From the NCBI GenBank assembly GCA_963823335.1, contig CAWGLD010000005.1, forward strand, positions 288,001 through 352,000: 64,000 bases of DNA, in the 5' to 3' direction. The translations under genes and the position numbers were made by a program. This document shows, one piece after another, positions 20,070 through 29,453 of the stretch (the stretch's first letter is position 1; every line of letters starts with the position of its first letter). This stretch comes from an uncultured delta proteobacterium. GTDB lineage: Bacteria; Desulfobacterota; Desulfobacteria; Desulfobacterales; B30-G6. Below the pieces are notes generated by a model that was not told where the DNA came from, searched no databases, and saw only the letters and a list, made by a program, of their open reading frames with translations.

Positions 20070-20352
20070 TCTAATTTACTTATTTGTCATTGATTTTGAT
20101 GAGAAAACAGTAAGGCCAACCAAGGACAGCTTAGTAAGAAAAATCAGTAAAATTAGACATATTGGACATATCGAAAACAAACTTGTGCTCCAAGGTGTCG
20201 AGGAAGGCGTGGAAAATGTTGATGACGGACTGGCCTGGAGTATAGCCATTTCTAAAAAAACAGGTAAGGTTGTCCTATCGGCTTCGGGAAATGGCGTGGC
20301 GTATGTTGTATTTGGGACGTGTACCGCAGTTCAAGATGACTGGAATAAATGA
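20070..20352 (+). pseudogene. 5'-truncated conserved hypothetical protein (C-terminal part)
   Basis: FVIDFDEKTV...KLVLQGVEEG...WSIAISKKTGKVVLSASG..VAYVVFGTCT is protein-like; the first ~55 codons of ORF 19906 are translated intron sequence. Confidence 0.55.
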
Positions 20353-20400
20353 ATCTTAGAGCACTTTCGATCGAGATTGTACTTTCATCATAGCCGGCGA

Positions 20401-21834
20401 TTAACCAAAAGTAGGTAGTTTAGATGCCAAAAAGTGTTCCCCGTTGGAGATTATATCAGAACTATCCTCAGGACTGATCGGGTTGTTCAATAGCTCACAA
20501 GTCCTGTCTTTTAAGAGTTTATCGGCTCCTGGTTTTCCCAAATGCCTCCATTTATCAAGAGACAACTGCGGCCATATTTTGCTCGTAAACTGTGATTCTT
20601 TGAAGTATTTTCCGGTAAGGTTTGACAAGAAAAAATCTCCGCCAGCGCCGATGGAGGTTATTTCGGTCAATCCCACTTCTGCATCTTCCAGGGAAAATCC
20701 GGACGAGAAGATACGTGTCTGTTGAATTAAGTCATCGGCCAACACTACGATTTCGGGAGAGAAGACCAGTGAATCAAAACTGCTTCCCACGAATGGAACC
20801 AGGCCAACAGAACTCAATGCGCTGGTGAGATGGTTGATGCACATGGTCGTTGCGGTAAGCAAATCCGCACCCCACCCGTTTCCACAGCCGGATGTACCGC
20901 AATGGGGGATGTTGTAGGTGGTCATCATTTCAGCGCATGCCAGATTCAGCAACAATGACTTTGGAGAATAAAAACTGCCGGCTTGCTTCATGTCAAAGGC
21001 TGCCGGAAGACTTCCCAGGATGATGGGTGTTCCTTGCTTTACGAGCTGACTGTACACCAGTCCTGCCAGCAATTCCGCCGTAAGCAGTGCCAATGTTCCG
21101 GCTGGTGTGATCGGACAGGTCGCACCGGACATGCCGTAGTTTGAAAATATAAGTGGCAGCCCTCTTTTTATGGTTGCTTCCATTTTTATAGTGGTTTCAG
21201 AATTCAATACCAGCGGAGTGATCGGGTTCACATAGGGGATCACAAAAGGATGGGTGCTCAAATCACCGTGGAGGTGTTCACAAAGATCCAAGGCTGCATG
21301 AAAACAACCCGGATTGGAGATGAGCAACACGATCGGCTTGGTAGTATGAGCCACCATTTCCAAAACACCATAAAAATCAGCGGATTCAGGAGGAAGATCC
21401 TGGATAACGCCGGGGGTCGAAATCAAATCGAAGCCCTCAAGGCTGTGTCCAAGCCCAGTGGAAGCAGCCATATGTTTTCGGCAAAAAGGCAGGATTTCCT
21501 CCTTAAAGGGATCCTGGTAGTAAAGATTGGTAACACCGATGCCGAAAACAGCATCCAAACTCCCATCCCCTTTAAGTTCGAAGCAGGGTTTACCCAGACG
21601 GTCGTACACCTGTATACTGGATGGTGTGGAGGCAATCGCCCATTGAACGAGTTCTTTGGGCAGCCTTATGCAGTGATCCTTGTGGGTGGCTCCGATGGCT
21701 TTTTTCAGCACGGATCGGGCGCCTGGATCGTCAACGATCACACCTGTTTTCTCTAGAATTGATAGCGCATCCCGGTGCACTTTATTCACTTGCTCTTTCG
21801 TCAGAACCCTTATCTTCGGCTTCAGATCATACAT
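20401..21834 (-). CDS. mttB: Trimethylamine methyltransferase (MttB) superfamily, pyrrolysine-free
   Basis: VHRDALSILEKTGV, NPITPL, GATCPITPAGTLAL..AELLAGLV..QL..QG.P; no internal TAG. Confidence 0.88.
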   Translation of the reverse strand: MYDLKPKIRVLTKEQVNKVHRDALSILEKTGVIVDDPGARSVLKKAIGATHKDHCIRLPKELVQWAIASTPSSIQVYDRLGKPCFELKGDGSLDAVFGIGVTNLYYQDPFKEEILPFCRKHMAASTGLGHSLEGFDLISTPGVIQDLPPESADFYGVLEMVAHTTKPIVLLISNPGCFHAALDLCEHLHGDLSTHPFVIPYVNPITPLVLNSETTIKMEATIKRGLPLIFSNYGMSGATCPITPAGTLALLTAELLAGLVYSQLVKQGTPIILGSLPAAFDMKQAGSFYSPKSLLLNLACAEMMTTYNIPHCGTSGCGNGWGADLLTATTMCINHLTSALSSVGLVPFVGSSFDSLVFSPEIVVLADDLIQQTRIFSSGFSLEDAEVGLTEITSIGAGGDFFLSNLTGKYFKESQFTSKIWPQLSLDKWRHLGKPGADKLLKDRTCELLNNPISPEDSSDIISNGEHFLASKLPTFG

Positions 21835-22044
21835 GGATTACATTGCCTCATACGATGCCAAGCATTGCTATCTAAACCCCTAAGGATTTCCCAAAGGGTA
21901 AACAACATGGCTGAATGGAAGTCATTCTTATTTTTCACCTGCAGGGGCATCCAAAAAATAGCGCTTTTACAAGGATTTCTATTGATTTTTATTCGCTCGC
22001 TGGACCCCGTGCAAAGCCTCGCGGAATGCACTTGTTATCGCGGT

Positions 22045-22713
22045 TCAAGCAGTCAAATAGCCGTCTGGGAGAAGCCTTTCTAAATCAATGCCTCTCAAGC
22101 TGCTCTCCAAATGATTTTTTATTTCATTTCCAGCTTTTTCGGCTTCGTTTATCTCCAGGTATCGCACAATTTTGCGGTGTTCCTGTGGTGAAGGGTTGTT
22201 TGTCATTAGAAGTTGGTAAAACGGATCAAATAAGATAAGATAAATAGTTGTTTTCTGCAATAGCTCGGTCACGTAATGAACAAGCACTCGGTTGCCTGAT
22301 TTTTGTGCGATCTTTAAATGAAAAGCACTGTTGATTTGATAATATTTATCTAGTTTCCTGTCAGTAAAAACGCTTTCCTCCTCACAAATCAACGTTTGAA
22401 GTGCATCAATGTCTTCAGGATCAAATTTCCCAGCAGCCAAAGTGGTTGACATCTTTTCAAGTTGGGCCCGAACCTGAAATGACTCCTTAATATCCTCCAG
22501 AGACGGGTTGACAACGGAGACCCCCTTGTTCTGCCTATATTCCGCAAGACCTTCGTGGACAAGTCGTTTGAAAGCCCCTTTAACTGTGGCACGGCTCATC
22601 TTTAAATTCTTGGCCATTGGGACTTCTTTGAGTTTTTCCCCTTTTTTGATGTAGCCTCTGCTAATAGCAACCTTGATCTTTTCGTACGCCAAATCTTCCA
22701 AGTTATCTGTCAT
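22045..22713 (-). CDS. GntR/FCD transcriptional regulator
   Basis: wHTH MSRATVKGAFKRLVHEGL; FCD motifs NSAFH, SGN, EH, HL; RBS ggagg. Confidence 0.9.
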   Translation of the reverse strand: MTDNLEDLAYEKIKVAISRGYIKKGEKLKEVPMAKNLKMSRATVKGAFKRLVHEGLAEYRQNKGVSVVNPSLEDIKESFQVRAQLEKMSTTLAAGKFDPEDIDALQTLICEEESVFTDRKLDKYYQINSAFHLKIAQKSGNRVLVHYVTELLQKTTIYLILFDPFYQLLMTNNPSPQEHRKIVRYLEINEAEKAGNEIKNHLESSLRGIDLERLLPDGYLTA

Positions 22714-22828
22714 CGATACCTCCGGCATCCAAAGCAACAAACTAAAATGATTACGGTTTGAGACAATACGAGCCGGTTCTTCAGTTTTCGTGCATGCAAG
22801 GAATGCTTTGGATCGTTCTCGTTTCGCA

Positions 22829-25291
22829 TCAAATTTTGATTCTCTTCATTCCGGGATCATAGAACGGTTTTAAAGAAACGCTTGCTGGGTAGATGTTTCC
22901 AGCAATGTCGATTTCCCATAAGCCATCCGCGATATAAGCATCATTAATGACCTCATCAGCCTCGATCATAAACAAACCGACTGCACCGCCAAGCGTATAG
23001 CCATAGGAAGCAGATCTGACATATCCTGCTTGCTTACCATTTCGAGTAATAACCTCGGCATGGTATAACAGTGGTTCAGGATCATTGACCAACACCTGGG
23101 CGAGTCGCCGTTTCAGTCCACCCTGAGTTTTCTTTCGGAGACAGGCCTCTTTACCGATAAAGCCGGAAGCCTTATCCAATTTAAGCGTAAATTCCAAACC
23201 GGTTTCATATGGATCGTCCGTGTTATCCATATCATGGCCATAGTCGCGATATCCTTTTTCCATTCTCAAGCTGCCCAGAGCTTTGAGACCTGCATGGGAG
23301 AGGCCAAAGGCTTTTCCGGCCTCAACAATGATGTCGTAGATATGCGAGGCTTGTTCGGTGGGAATGTAAATCTCGTATCCCAATTCGCCCACATAAGTCA
23401 GCCTGACACAAATGGCACGACCGTACCCAATGGCGATTTCCTTGACGTGACGGTAGGGAAAAGTTTCGTTAGACATGTTTGTATCGGTTACTGCCTGCAT
23501 AAGTTCTCGAGATCTGGGTCCCTGGATATTGATTTGAGCATAAGCGGAGGTCATATCTGTTACAAAACAATGGGCGTCGCTGGGGATGTGCCGCTTCAGC
23601 CATGTTTCGGCATGCCGGTGCATGGTGTCTGTGACAACCACCATGTAGTTTTCCGCCGCCAGTTTGCTGACGGTAAGGTCCGCTTCAAGCTTACCGTCTT
23701 TGTTTAACCAAGGGGTGTAGGTGATCTGGTTCGATTTTCCGTCAACATCATTGGCTGAAATATAATTCAGCACCTTGCCAGCGTGCCGGCCCTGAACCAT
23801 AAATTTGGACATAAAAGACATATCCATGAGGACAACGTTTTCCCGCGCTGCATTGTGCTCCTCCTTCCAGAATTCGAACCACGACTCCCGATTCCAGGAA
23901 TGTTTTGCAATTTTGGCCTGTTTTCCATTAATAGCGAACCAGTCCGCGCCTTCCCAGCCGCTGACGTCTTTGAAATATGCACCCTGCTTTTTCAGGCGGT
24001 CATAGATCGCCGACCTTTTGGCCCCTCTGGCTGTATTCATGGATTTGTATGGATAGTGGCATGTATATACCTTGCCGAGGGATTCGACGGTCCGGTGTCT
24101 TCTGTATTCCGGGTTGTTCTGATAGGTGTGCAGTCGATCGATGTTAAATCCGGTAATATCGACATCCGGTTTCCCGTCCACAATCCAGTGCGCCATCATT
24201 CTGCCCAACCCGGGTCCCATAATAATACCGACGGAATTCAATCCGGCGGTCACAAAGTAATTCTTCAACTCCGGTGCTTCACCGACAATTGCTTGCAGAT
24301 CGGCAGTAAAACTTTCAGGCCCGCAGAAAAACTTCTTGATTCCCAGTTCCGTTGAAATAGGAACACGCGACATGGCTTTTTCAACAAACGGTCCCATGCG
24401 CTCCCAATCAGGTTCAATCTCTCCCATGGAGAAATCATCTGGTATGTGCTCGATATTCCATGGCGCACAGACCGGTTCAAACAGGCCAATCATCAACCCA
24501 CCCACTTCTTCACGATAATAGCCGTAATGAGAGGGATCCTCTAGAATTGGCATATTGGGCGGGATATCTTCGATCTCTTCAGTTATCAAGTAATAGTGTT
24601 CGGCTGCCTGGTTGGGAATGTTGACGCCAGCATCTGCACCAATCTGCCGTGCCCACATGCCGGCACAATTGACAACAACATCGGCCTTGATATCTCCGTA
24701 AAGTGTTTTAACACCGCTAACCGCACCGTTTTGCGTGATGATACCTGTGGCGGAAACTTTTTCAATGATCTGCACGCCTTGGTTGCGGGCACCTTTGGCC
24801 AGGGCGATGGTTGCATCAGCTGGGTTTACGCGCCCGTCTTCTTTTACATAAAAACCGGCTAACAAGTCATTGACACGGGCCAGCGGGAAGAGATCCTTGA
24901 TTTCTTTGGGAGAAATCTCATGCACATCCACACCACAGTAACGATTAAAAGCCGCTACGCGGCGGTATTCTTCCAATCTGTCTCGGTTACTAGCCGCTTC
25001 GATAAATCCAATTGGCGTGAATCCGGTCGATAATCCAGTTTCAGCCTCCAATCGGCTGTAGAGTTCGCGGCCATAAATTCTCATTTGGGTTGATGTTTCA
25101 GACATTGACCCAAAAGTCACCATCAAACCGGCGGCATGCCAGGTGGTTCCGGAAGTCAGTTCATCCCTTTCTATTAGCACCACATCCGCGCACCCCAAAA
25201 GGCCCAGATGATAGGCAATGGAGCAGCCGATAATACCACCGCCGATAATAACTACATTGGCTTGTTTGGGAAGTTCTACTTGTTTTGGCAT
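22829..25291 (-). CDS. GcvT-family FAD-dependent dehydrogenase (dimethylglycine/sarcosine/4-methylaminobutanoate type)
   Basis: GGGIIG, SGTTWHAAG, GPESFTAD, YVGELGYE, LRMEKGY. Confidence 0.92.
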   Translation of the reverse strand: MPKQVELPKQANVVIIGGGIIGCSIAYHLGLLGCADVVLIERDELTSGTTWHAAGLMVTFGSMSETSTQMRIYGRELYSRLEAETGLSTGFTPIGFIEAASNRDRLEEYRRVAAFNRYCGVDVHEISPKEIKDLFPLARVNDLLAGFYVKEDGRVNPADATIALAKGARNQGVQIIEKVSATGIITQNGAVSGVKTLYGDIKADVVVNCAGMWARQIGADAGVNIPNQAAEHYYLITEEIEDIPPNMPILEDPSHYGYYREEVGGLMIGLFEPVCAPWNIEHIPDDFSMGEIEPDWERMGPFVEKAMSRVPISTELGIKKFFCGPESFTADLQAIVGEAPELKNYFVTAGLNSVGIIMGPGLGRMMAHWIVDGKPDVDITGFNIDRLHTYQNNPEYRRHRTVESLGKVYTCHYPYKSMNTARGAKRSAIYDRLKKQGAYFKDVSGWEGADWFAINGKQAKIAKHSWNRESWFEFWKEEHNAARENVVLMDMSFMSKFMVQGRHAGKVLNYISANDVDGKSNQITYTPWLNKDGKLEADLTVSKLAAENYMVVVTDTMHRHAETWLKRHIPSDAHCFVTDMTSAYAQINIQGPRSRELMQAVTDTNMSNETFPYRHVKEIAIGYGRAICVRLTYVGELGYEIYIPTEQASHIYDIIVEAGKAFGLSHAGLKALGSLRMEKGYRDYGHDMDNTDDPYETGLEFTLKLDKASGFIGKEACLRKKTQGGLKRRLAQVLVNDPEPLLYHAEVITRNGKQAGYVRSASYGYTLGGAVGLFMIEADEVINDAYIADGLWEIDIAGNIYPASVSLKPFYDPGMKRIKI

Positions 25292-25317
25292 TGACGTTCC
25301 TTTTCAGATTTAAATCG

Positions 25318-25539
25318 CTATTTCTCAGAGTCTAAAACCAACTGACCATAATCAAAGGTGATGCCGCTTTCAAGCATCCCTGGCCCATAAATCATATTGG
25401 CACCTGCCAACGCGGGTATGAGCGCGGTTAATGTCTTTTCGTGGCCGGTCTGTGTATCGGATTGCTTGCTGTCAGCCTATCCACCAGCCATAGCCATGGA
25501 CAGGATATTGCAGACCACATTGTTTCTAACCGCCTCCAT
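25318..25539 (-). pseudogene. mttB: Remnant of a pyrrolysine-type MttB with in-frame amber codon (TAG at 25477-25479)
   Basis: Manual translation: [79 protein letters not shown], the Pyl-site segment of MttB. Confidence 0.85.
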
Positions 25540-25583
25540 CTAAGTTAACAACTTATTTTAATGCCTTACAGAACTGCCAATAT

Positions 25584-25612
25584 ATTGTCAAACAAAAATT
25601 GTTCGACATTAC
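25584..25612. promoter_or_regulatory. Possible tandem GntR-type operators upstream of the mttB-remnant operon
   Basis: attgtcaaacaa and aattgttcgacatt (TGT-N3-ACA dyads) in an AT-rich divergent spacer. Confidence 0.3.
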
Positions 25613-25699
25613 TGATCGAAAATTATCTAATTGTTTTGCGTTTAATCAAAATGCTGCGGTAAATAGCAATCATAGTTCTTAAAAATGGAAAAATGAACT

Positions 25700-26014
25700 A
25701 TGGTATTACATCAAGCTGCGCTGATCAATTTTACAATGAAAGTTCTCGAAAGTAAGGGTCATGTTAGTGACGGTGATATTGAGGCGTTTAAGGGTGCTGG
25801 ATTCACAGATGCCCATACAGCAGAGATAACGGTGATAATTGCCCATAAATCGCTTTCCAATCTTTTCAATCACATATACGATACAGATCTTGATCTGCCC
25901 TCAGTCCCTAGATATATAGGTAACAATTTACAGCATCGTGCCCAGGGGAGGGCTCAACATTTATCTTTGCCTGCCAAATCAATGGTGGATCATTTTTCAT
26001 GCATTCAGATATGA
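25700..26014 (+). pseudogene. C-terminal fragment of an AhpD/carboxymuconolactone decarboxylase family protein
   Basis: KGHVSDGDIEAFKGAGFTDA...SNLFNHIYDTDLDLP; the CxxC-bearing N-terminal half is missing. Confidence 0.7.
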
Positions 26015-26937
26015 AACCAGATAATTCTGCCCTGGCATTTATTGGAATTTGTCGGGTTCATATTCGTGCAGCGCTTGTTTTGGGATATATCACATGCAAT
26101 CTGGCTTTTTGGATCACGCCCCTGTTGGTGCTGGTGGTATTCAAATGGTTTGTGCCAATCTCTTCGGTGCGAACCGGTATTTATGGGATGATGGCATGGA
26201 TTTACAGGGCCGCAGTCCAGATGAACGACTGGATCTTATTTCAAGGTCTGAAAATTCAATTGGACCTAACGGGAATCAATCAAACTTATCCCGGCAATTT
26301 CTATTTAGCACTATGTAACCATCAGAGCTGGAGCGATATTTTTATCCTGCAACATCTTCTCAATCGCAAAACACCCATCATGAAATTTCTGGTCAAAAAG
26401 GAATTGATGTACCTTCCTGTGGTTGGTTTGATCTGCTGGGCATATGATTTTCCGTTTTTAAATCGTGGGAAACAGACAAAAAAAAGATTCGGGAAATTTA
26501 ATCGTGTGAATGATTCTCAAGCGCTAAATAAGTCACTTACCCAATTTTTGCGGTCTTCGGCAACCATCATAAATTTTGCGGAGGGGACCCGATTTACGTC
26601 ACTTAAGGCCAAAAGGCAACAATCCCCATACCAATATCTCCTGAGACCTAAGGCCGGTGGGCTTATTGCCATCTATAAAATGATGGGCCAAGAGTTGGCG
26701 GCTGTGCTGGATTTTACAATTGTATATGATGCACCCAAGCCGAATTTCTGGCGCTTTATCTGCGGCAAAATTCAGCGTGTGAAGATTCATCTTGATACAA
26801 TCTCATCAGACGAGCTTAAAGAGAATTTAGGCTTGCCGGAAGCCGACTTTAATTCTGACCGTGCAATTGAATGGATAAATCAGCGCTGGGAGCAAAAGGA
26901 TAGAAAAATTGAACATATCTCTTCCGATTTTGGTTGA
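26011..26937 (+). CDS. PlsC/YihG-like acyltransferase
   Basis: NHQSWSDI, KFLVKKEL..LP..G...WA.DFPF, FAEGTRF, LLRPKAGG. Confidence 0.9.
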   Translation: MKPDNSALAFIGICRVHIRAALVLGYITCNLAFWITPLLVLVVFKWFVPISSVRTGIYGMMAWIYRAAVQMNDWILFQGLKIQLDLTGINQTYPGNFYLALCNHQSWSDIFILQHLLNRKTPIMKFLVKKELMYLPVVGLICWAYDFPFLNRGKQTKKRFGKFNRVNDSQALNKSLTQFLRSSATIINFAEGTRFTSLKAKRQQSPYQYLLRPKAGGLIAIYKMMGQELAAVLDFTIVYDAPKPNFWRFICGKIQRVKIHLDTISSDELKENLGLPEADFNSDRAIEWINQRWEQKDRKIEHISSDFG

Positions 26938-27013
26938 CCAATCTCCATTACTCTTTGCGTTTGCAATGATAATAGTTTTTTTAACAAAAAATCCTTTATT
27001 CATTTTCCGATAT

Positions 27014-27823
27014 ATGACCACTGAAGAAAGGAAAGATATTCATCGACTTCTATTGATTCTTTTGGCTGGAATGGTACTGGCCGGCTGCACCGTCGGGGCA
27101 CTATCCGGTGGCGAGCATACGCGCAGCACTGACCCTAAGGATATTTTGGACAAGACCTGGCAGTGGGAATCGACCATCACCCCAGTCGAAAAGATCACGG
27201 TGCCGAATCCGGAGCGTTACACGATCCTGTTGACTGCCGATGGCAGGGCTCAGATTCGGTTCGACTGCAACCGCGGCGGCGGGGAGTTCAAAAATTCTCT
27301 TGGCAAGCTTTCCTTTGGTCCGCTGCTGTCCACACGCATGGCCTGCCCGCCAGGCAGTCTGGACAGCGCCTTCATGCGGGACCTGCAGCGGGTGGTTTCC
27401 TTTTTCGTTGACAGCGACATACTTTATCTGGAGCTGCCGCGTACCGCTGAGGCCGCGAAGCTGGTTTGTGAGGATGCTTTGGCCGTAAAAGAAGCCGGGG
27501 CCCTCATGCTGCTTGTCGAAGCGGTGCCGCCGGAAGTTTGTGGATTCATTGCGGGACAACTGGATATTCCGGTTCTTTCGATCGGCGCCGGACCCGAAGG
27601 CGATGGACAACTGTTGATTGTTTCAGATTTGATCGGTCAATTCCAGGCATTTACACCTAAATTTGTAAAAAAATATTGCAATGTGGCTGAAATCATAACC
27701 AATGCCATGAAAGAATATTGTGAGGAAATCCGTACCGGCCAATTCCCCCAAGAGGAGCATTGCTATCGGATGATACAGGGCGAAGAAGATAAGTTCGTAG
27801 AATTGATGAAAACAGCTAAATAA
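27014..27823 (+). pseudogene. panB: In-frame chimera: META-domain lipoprotein + C-terminal half of PanB
   Basis: LAGC lipobox, DCNRGGG, STRMACPPGS, LYLELP; then from ~27440 RTAEAAK..EDALAVKEAGA..LLVEAVP, IGAG..DGQLLIVSDLIG, PKFVKKY, FPQEEH. Confidence 0.8.
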
Positions 27824-27865
27824 TTGGTGACCGATTTACTTGCTTTAATTAAGGAGATATTTACC

Positions 27866-29131
27866 ATGCCAGAACTCAGAGAAAGTCTTAAAATAGCAGC
27901 TGAACGCGTGGATGTGATCAATGAATTCTTGTTAGACCCGAACAATGCGATGGTCAACCAACTTCTTGAAATTATGGAACGTTACGGTGGACCACAAGAG
28001 ATCAATCGCAAGGCTAGCGAAGCACGAAATCTGGACCACATTATGGATCAGCTCAAAACCCAGAATTCGCCTTATGTGCTGGATTTGGAATGGCTGATGG
28101 AGCAACGGAATGCCAAAGCATTTATCTCCATGGCGGAATATCGAAATCGGGTTATGGGTCAAAAGGTAACGGAGAGCGAAATCAACCAAGAAAATGCGGT
28201 CACGCTCGAGATCAGTGCGTTGCAGTACTTTCCTTGGCTGATATCTCAAGCCAAACAAGCCATTCAAAAGAAAGAATTGATGCCGGGGCGCTATATCAGG
28301 GTGCGCAATATGGCAGAACAAACTAACGATCAGGGAGACACACTTGCCGTAGCCGCAGGTATGCAGATTGTCGGGGCATCTTATGTCGAAACACTAGATA
28401 CCAAAGGAATAGATGGATCCAATGTACACTTAGGAGGTCCTGAAACCATCACCGGATATTTCGGTGGTATTGGTCAGCCCAACGAATACCCGCTCAAATG
28501 GATCGATGAATACCTTAAGTACTATACCACCTACGGTATTAAACAAGTGCTCAACATTAATGCCGGATCCATTCTGGCAGCCTATCTTCTCCACCGCATG
28601 GGAGTTGATAATGAATTCAAGATATCCGTGTTTATGGGTATCGACAATCCGTATTCCATATTCTGGACGCTGATGACCGCGCAGATGTTCTCGCGACCGG
28701 ACGGAAGCACCTCGTTAATTGGCTTCAATTTGTCCAATTCTGTAAACAACGCTACCATCAGGGAAGCCGCAAAAATCAGGAAAGCATTGGGTCTTGAGAA
28801 GGTTGTTCGCTTCGAGCATCATATTACGGAAACATATAGATCAATAGTGCGCCAGCCCTATAATCGAAGAGAAGAACTCGTGGAAATTGCCAAAGAGGTC
28901 CCCAATATCGCCGCCAAGCACGAGGGTGGAGAACCGGAGAGGGAAGCTACCTTGGAACATCCCTCCGATATTCTGGATTACTTTTTGCCAAAAGCCGAAG
29001 TTGTTGAAAATGGGTTAATGGATACGCTAATGCAAAATTATCTTGAAAAACACTATGCCTTGAACCTTACGGCTGATGCACTTACCAGGGCAGGTATCGG
29101 GGTGGTATGTGCGACCAACCTTCATCAGTAG
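27866..29131 (+). CDS. Conserved hypothetical ~420-aa protein, possibly a U32-like TIM barrel
   Basis: Uninterrupted ORF with RBS aaggag; motif-like blocks SYVETLDTKG, GYFGGIGQP, FKISVFMG, RFEHHITE, AKHEGG. Confidence 0.85.
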   Translation: MPELRESLKIAAERVDVINEFLLDPNNAMVNQLLEIMERYGGPQEINRKASEARNLDHIMDQLKTQNSPYVLDLEWLMEQRNAKAFISMAEYRNRVMGQKVTESEINQENAVTLEISALQYFPWLISQAKQAIQKKELMPGRYIRVRNMAEQTNDQGDTLAVAAGMQIVGASYVETLDTKGIDGSNVHLGGPETITGYFGGIGQPNEYPLKWIDEYLKYYTTYGIKQVLNINAGSILAAYLLHRMGVDNEFKISVFMGIDNPYSIFWTLMTAQMFSRPDGSTSLIGFNLSNSVNNATIREAAKIRKALGLEKVVRFEHHITETYRSIVRQPYNRREELVEIAKEVPNIAAKHEGGEPEREATLEHPSDILDYFLPKAEVVENGLMDTLMQNYLEKHYALNLTADALTRAGIGVVCATNLHQ

Positions 29132-29192
29132 GAATTATGCATTAGTTGTATGAACCTATCTTCATAGGAAAATTAACGAGGGCGAAACTAAA

Positions 29193-29453
29193 ATGAACAG
29201 GTCGATGGAAAAACGCTATTCGAAAACGACCGCATCCATGCAGCATTCCTATATCCGGGAGATATTGAAGGTAACCAAAGGTGTTCCAGGCATGATGTCT
29301 TTTGCCGGTGGCCTTCCAAGTCCAGCCTCATTCCCTAAACAGCTGTTGGCAGAGCTATTTTCAGATGTAATCACGCAGGAAGGTGACGATGTGCTGCAGT
29401 ACGGCGCGAGTGACGGGGATCTGGCATTTAAACAGATTATCAAGAAATTGTGA
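29193..29453 (+). pseudogene. N-terminal fragment of a class I PLP-dependent aminotransferase
   Basis: SYIREILK, MSFAGGLP...FP, LQYGASDG; stops at codon 87. Confidence 0.85.

Noticed and set aside
19906-20352. 148-aa ORF as a real gene
   Set aside because: Its 5' third is intron-like RNA sequence; only the 3' part looks protein-derived.
29451-29453. TGA as a selenocysteine codon in the aminotransferase
   Set aside because: Downstream sequence is ABC transporter DNA in another frame, not a continuation of the aminotransferase.
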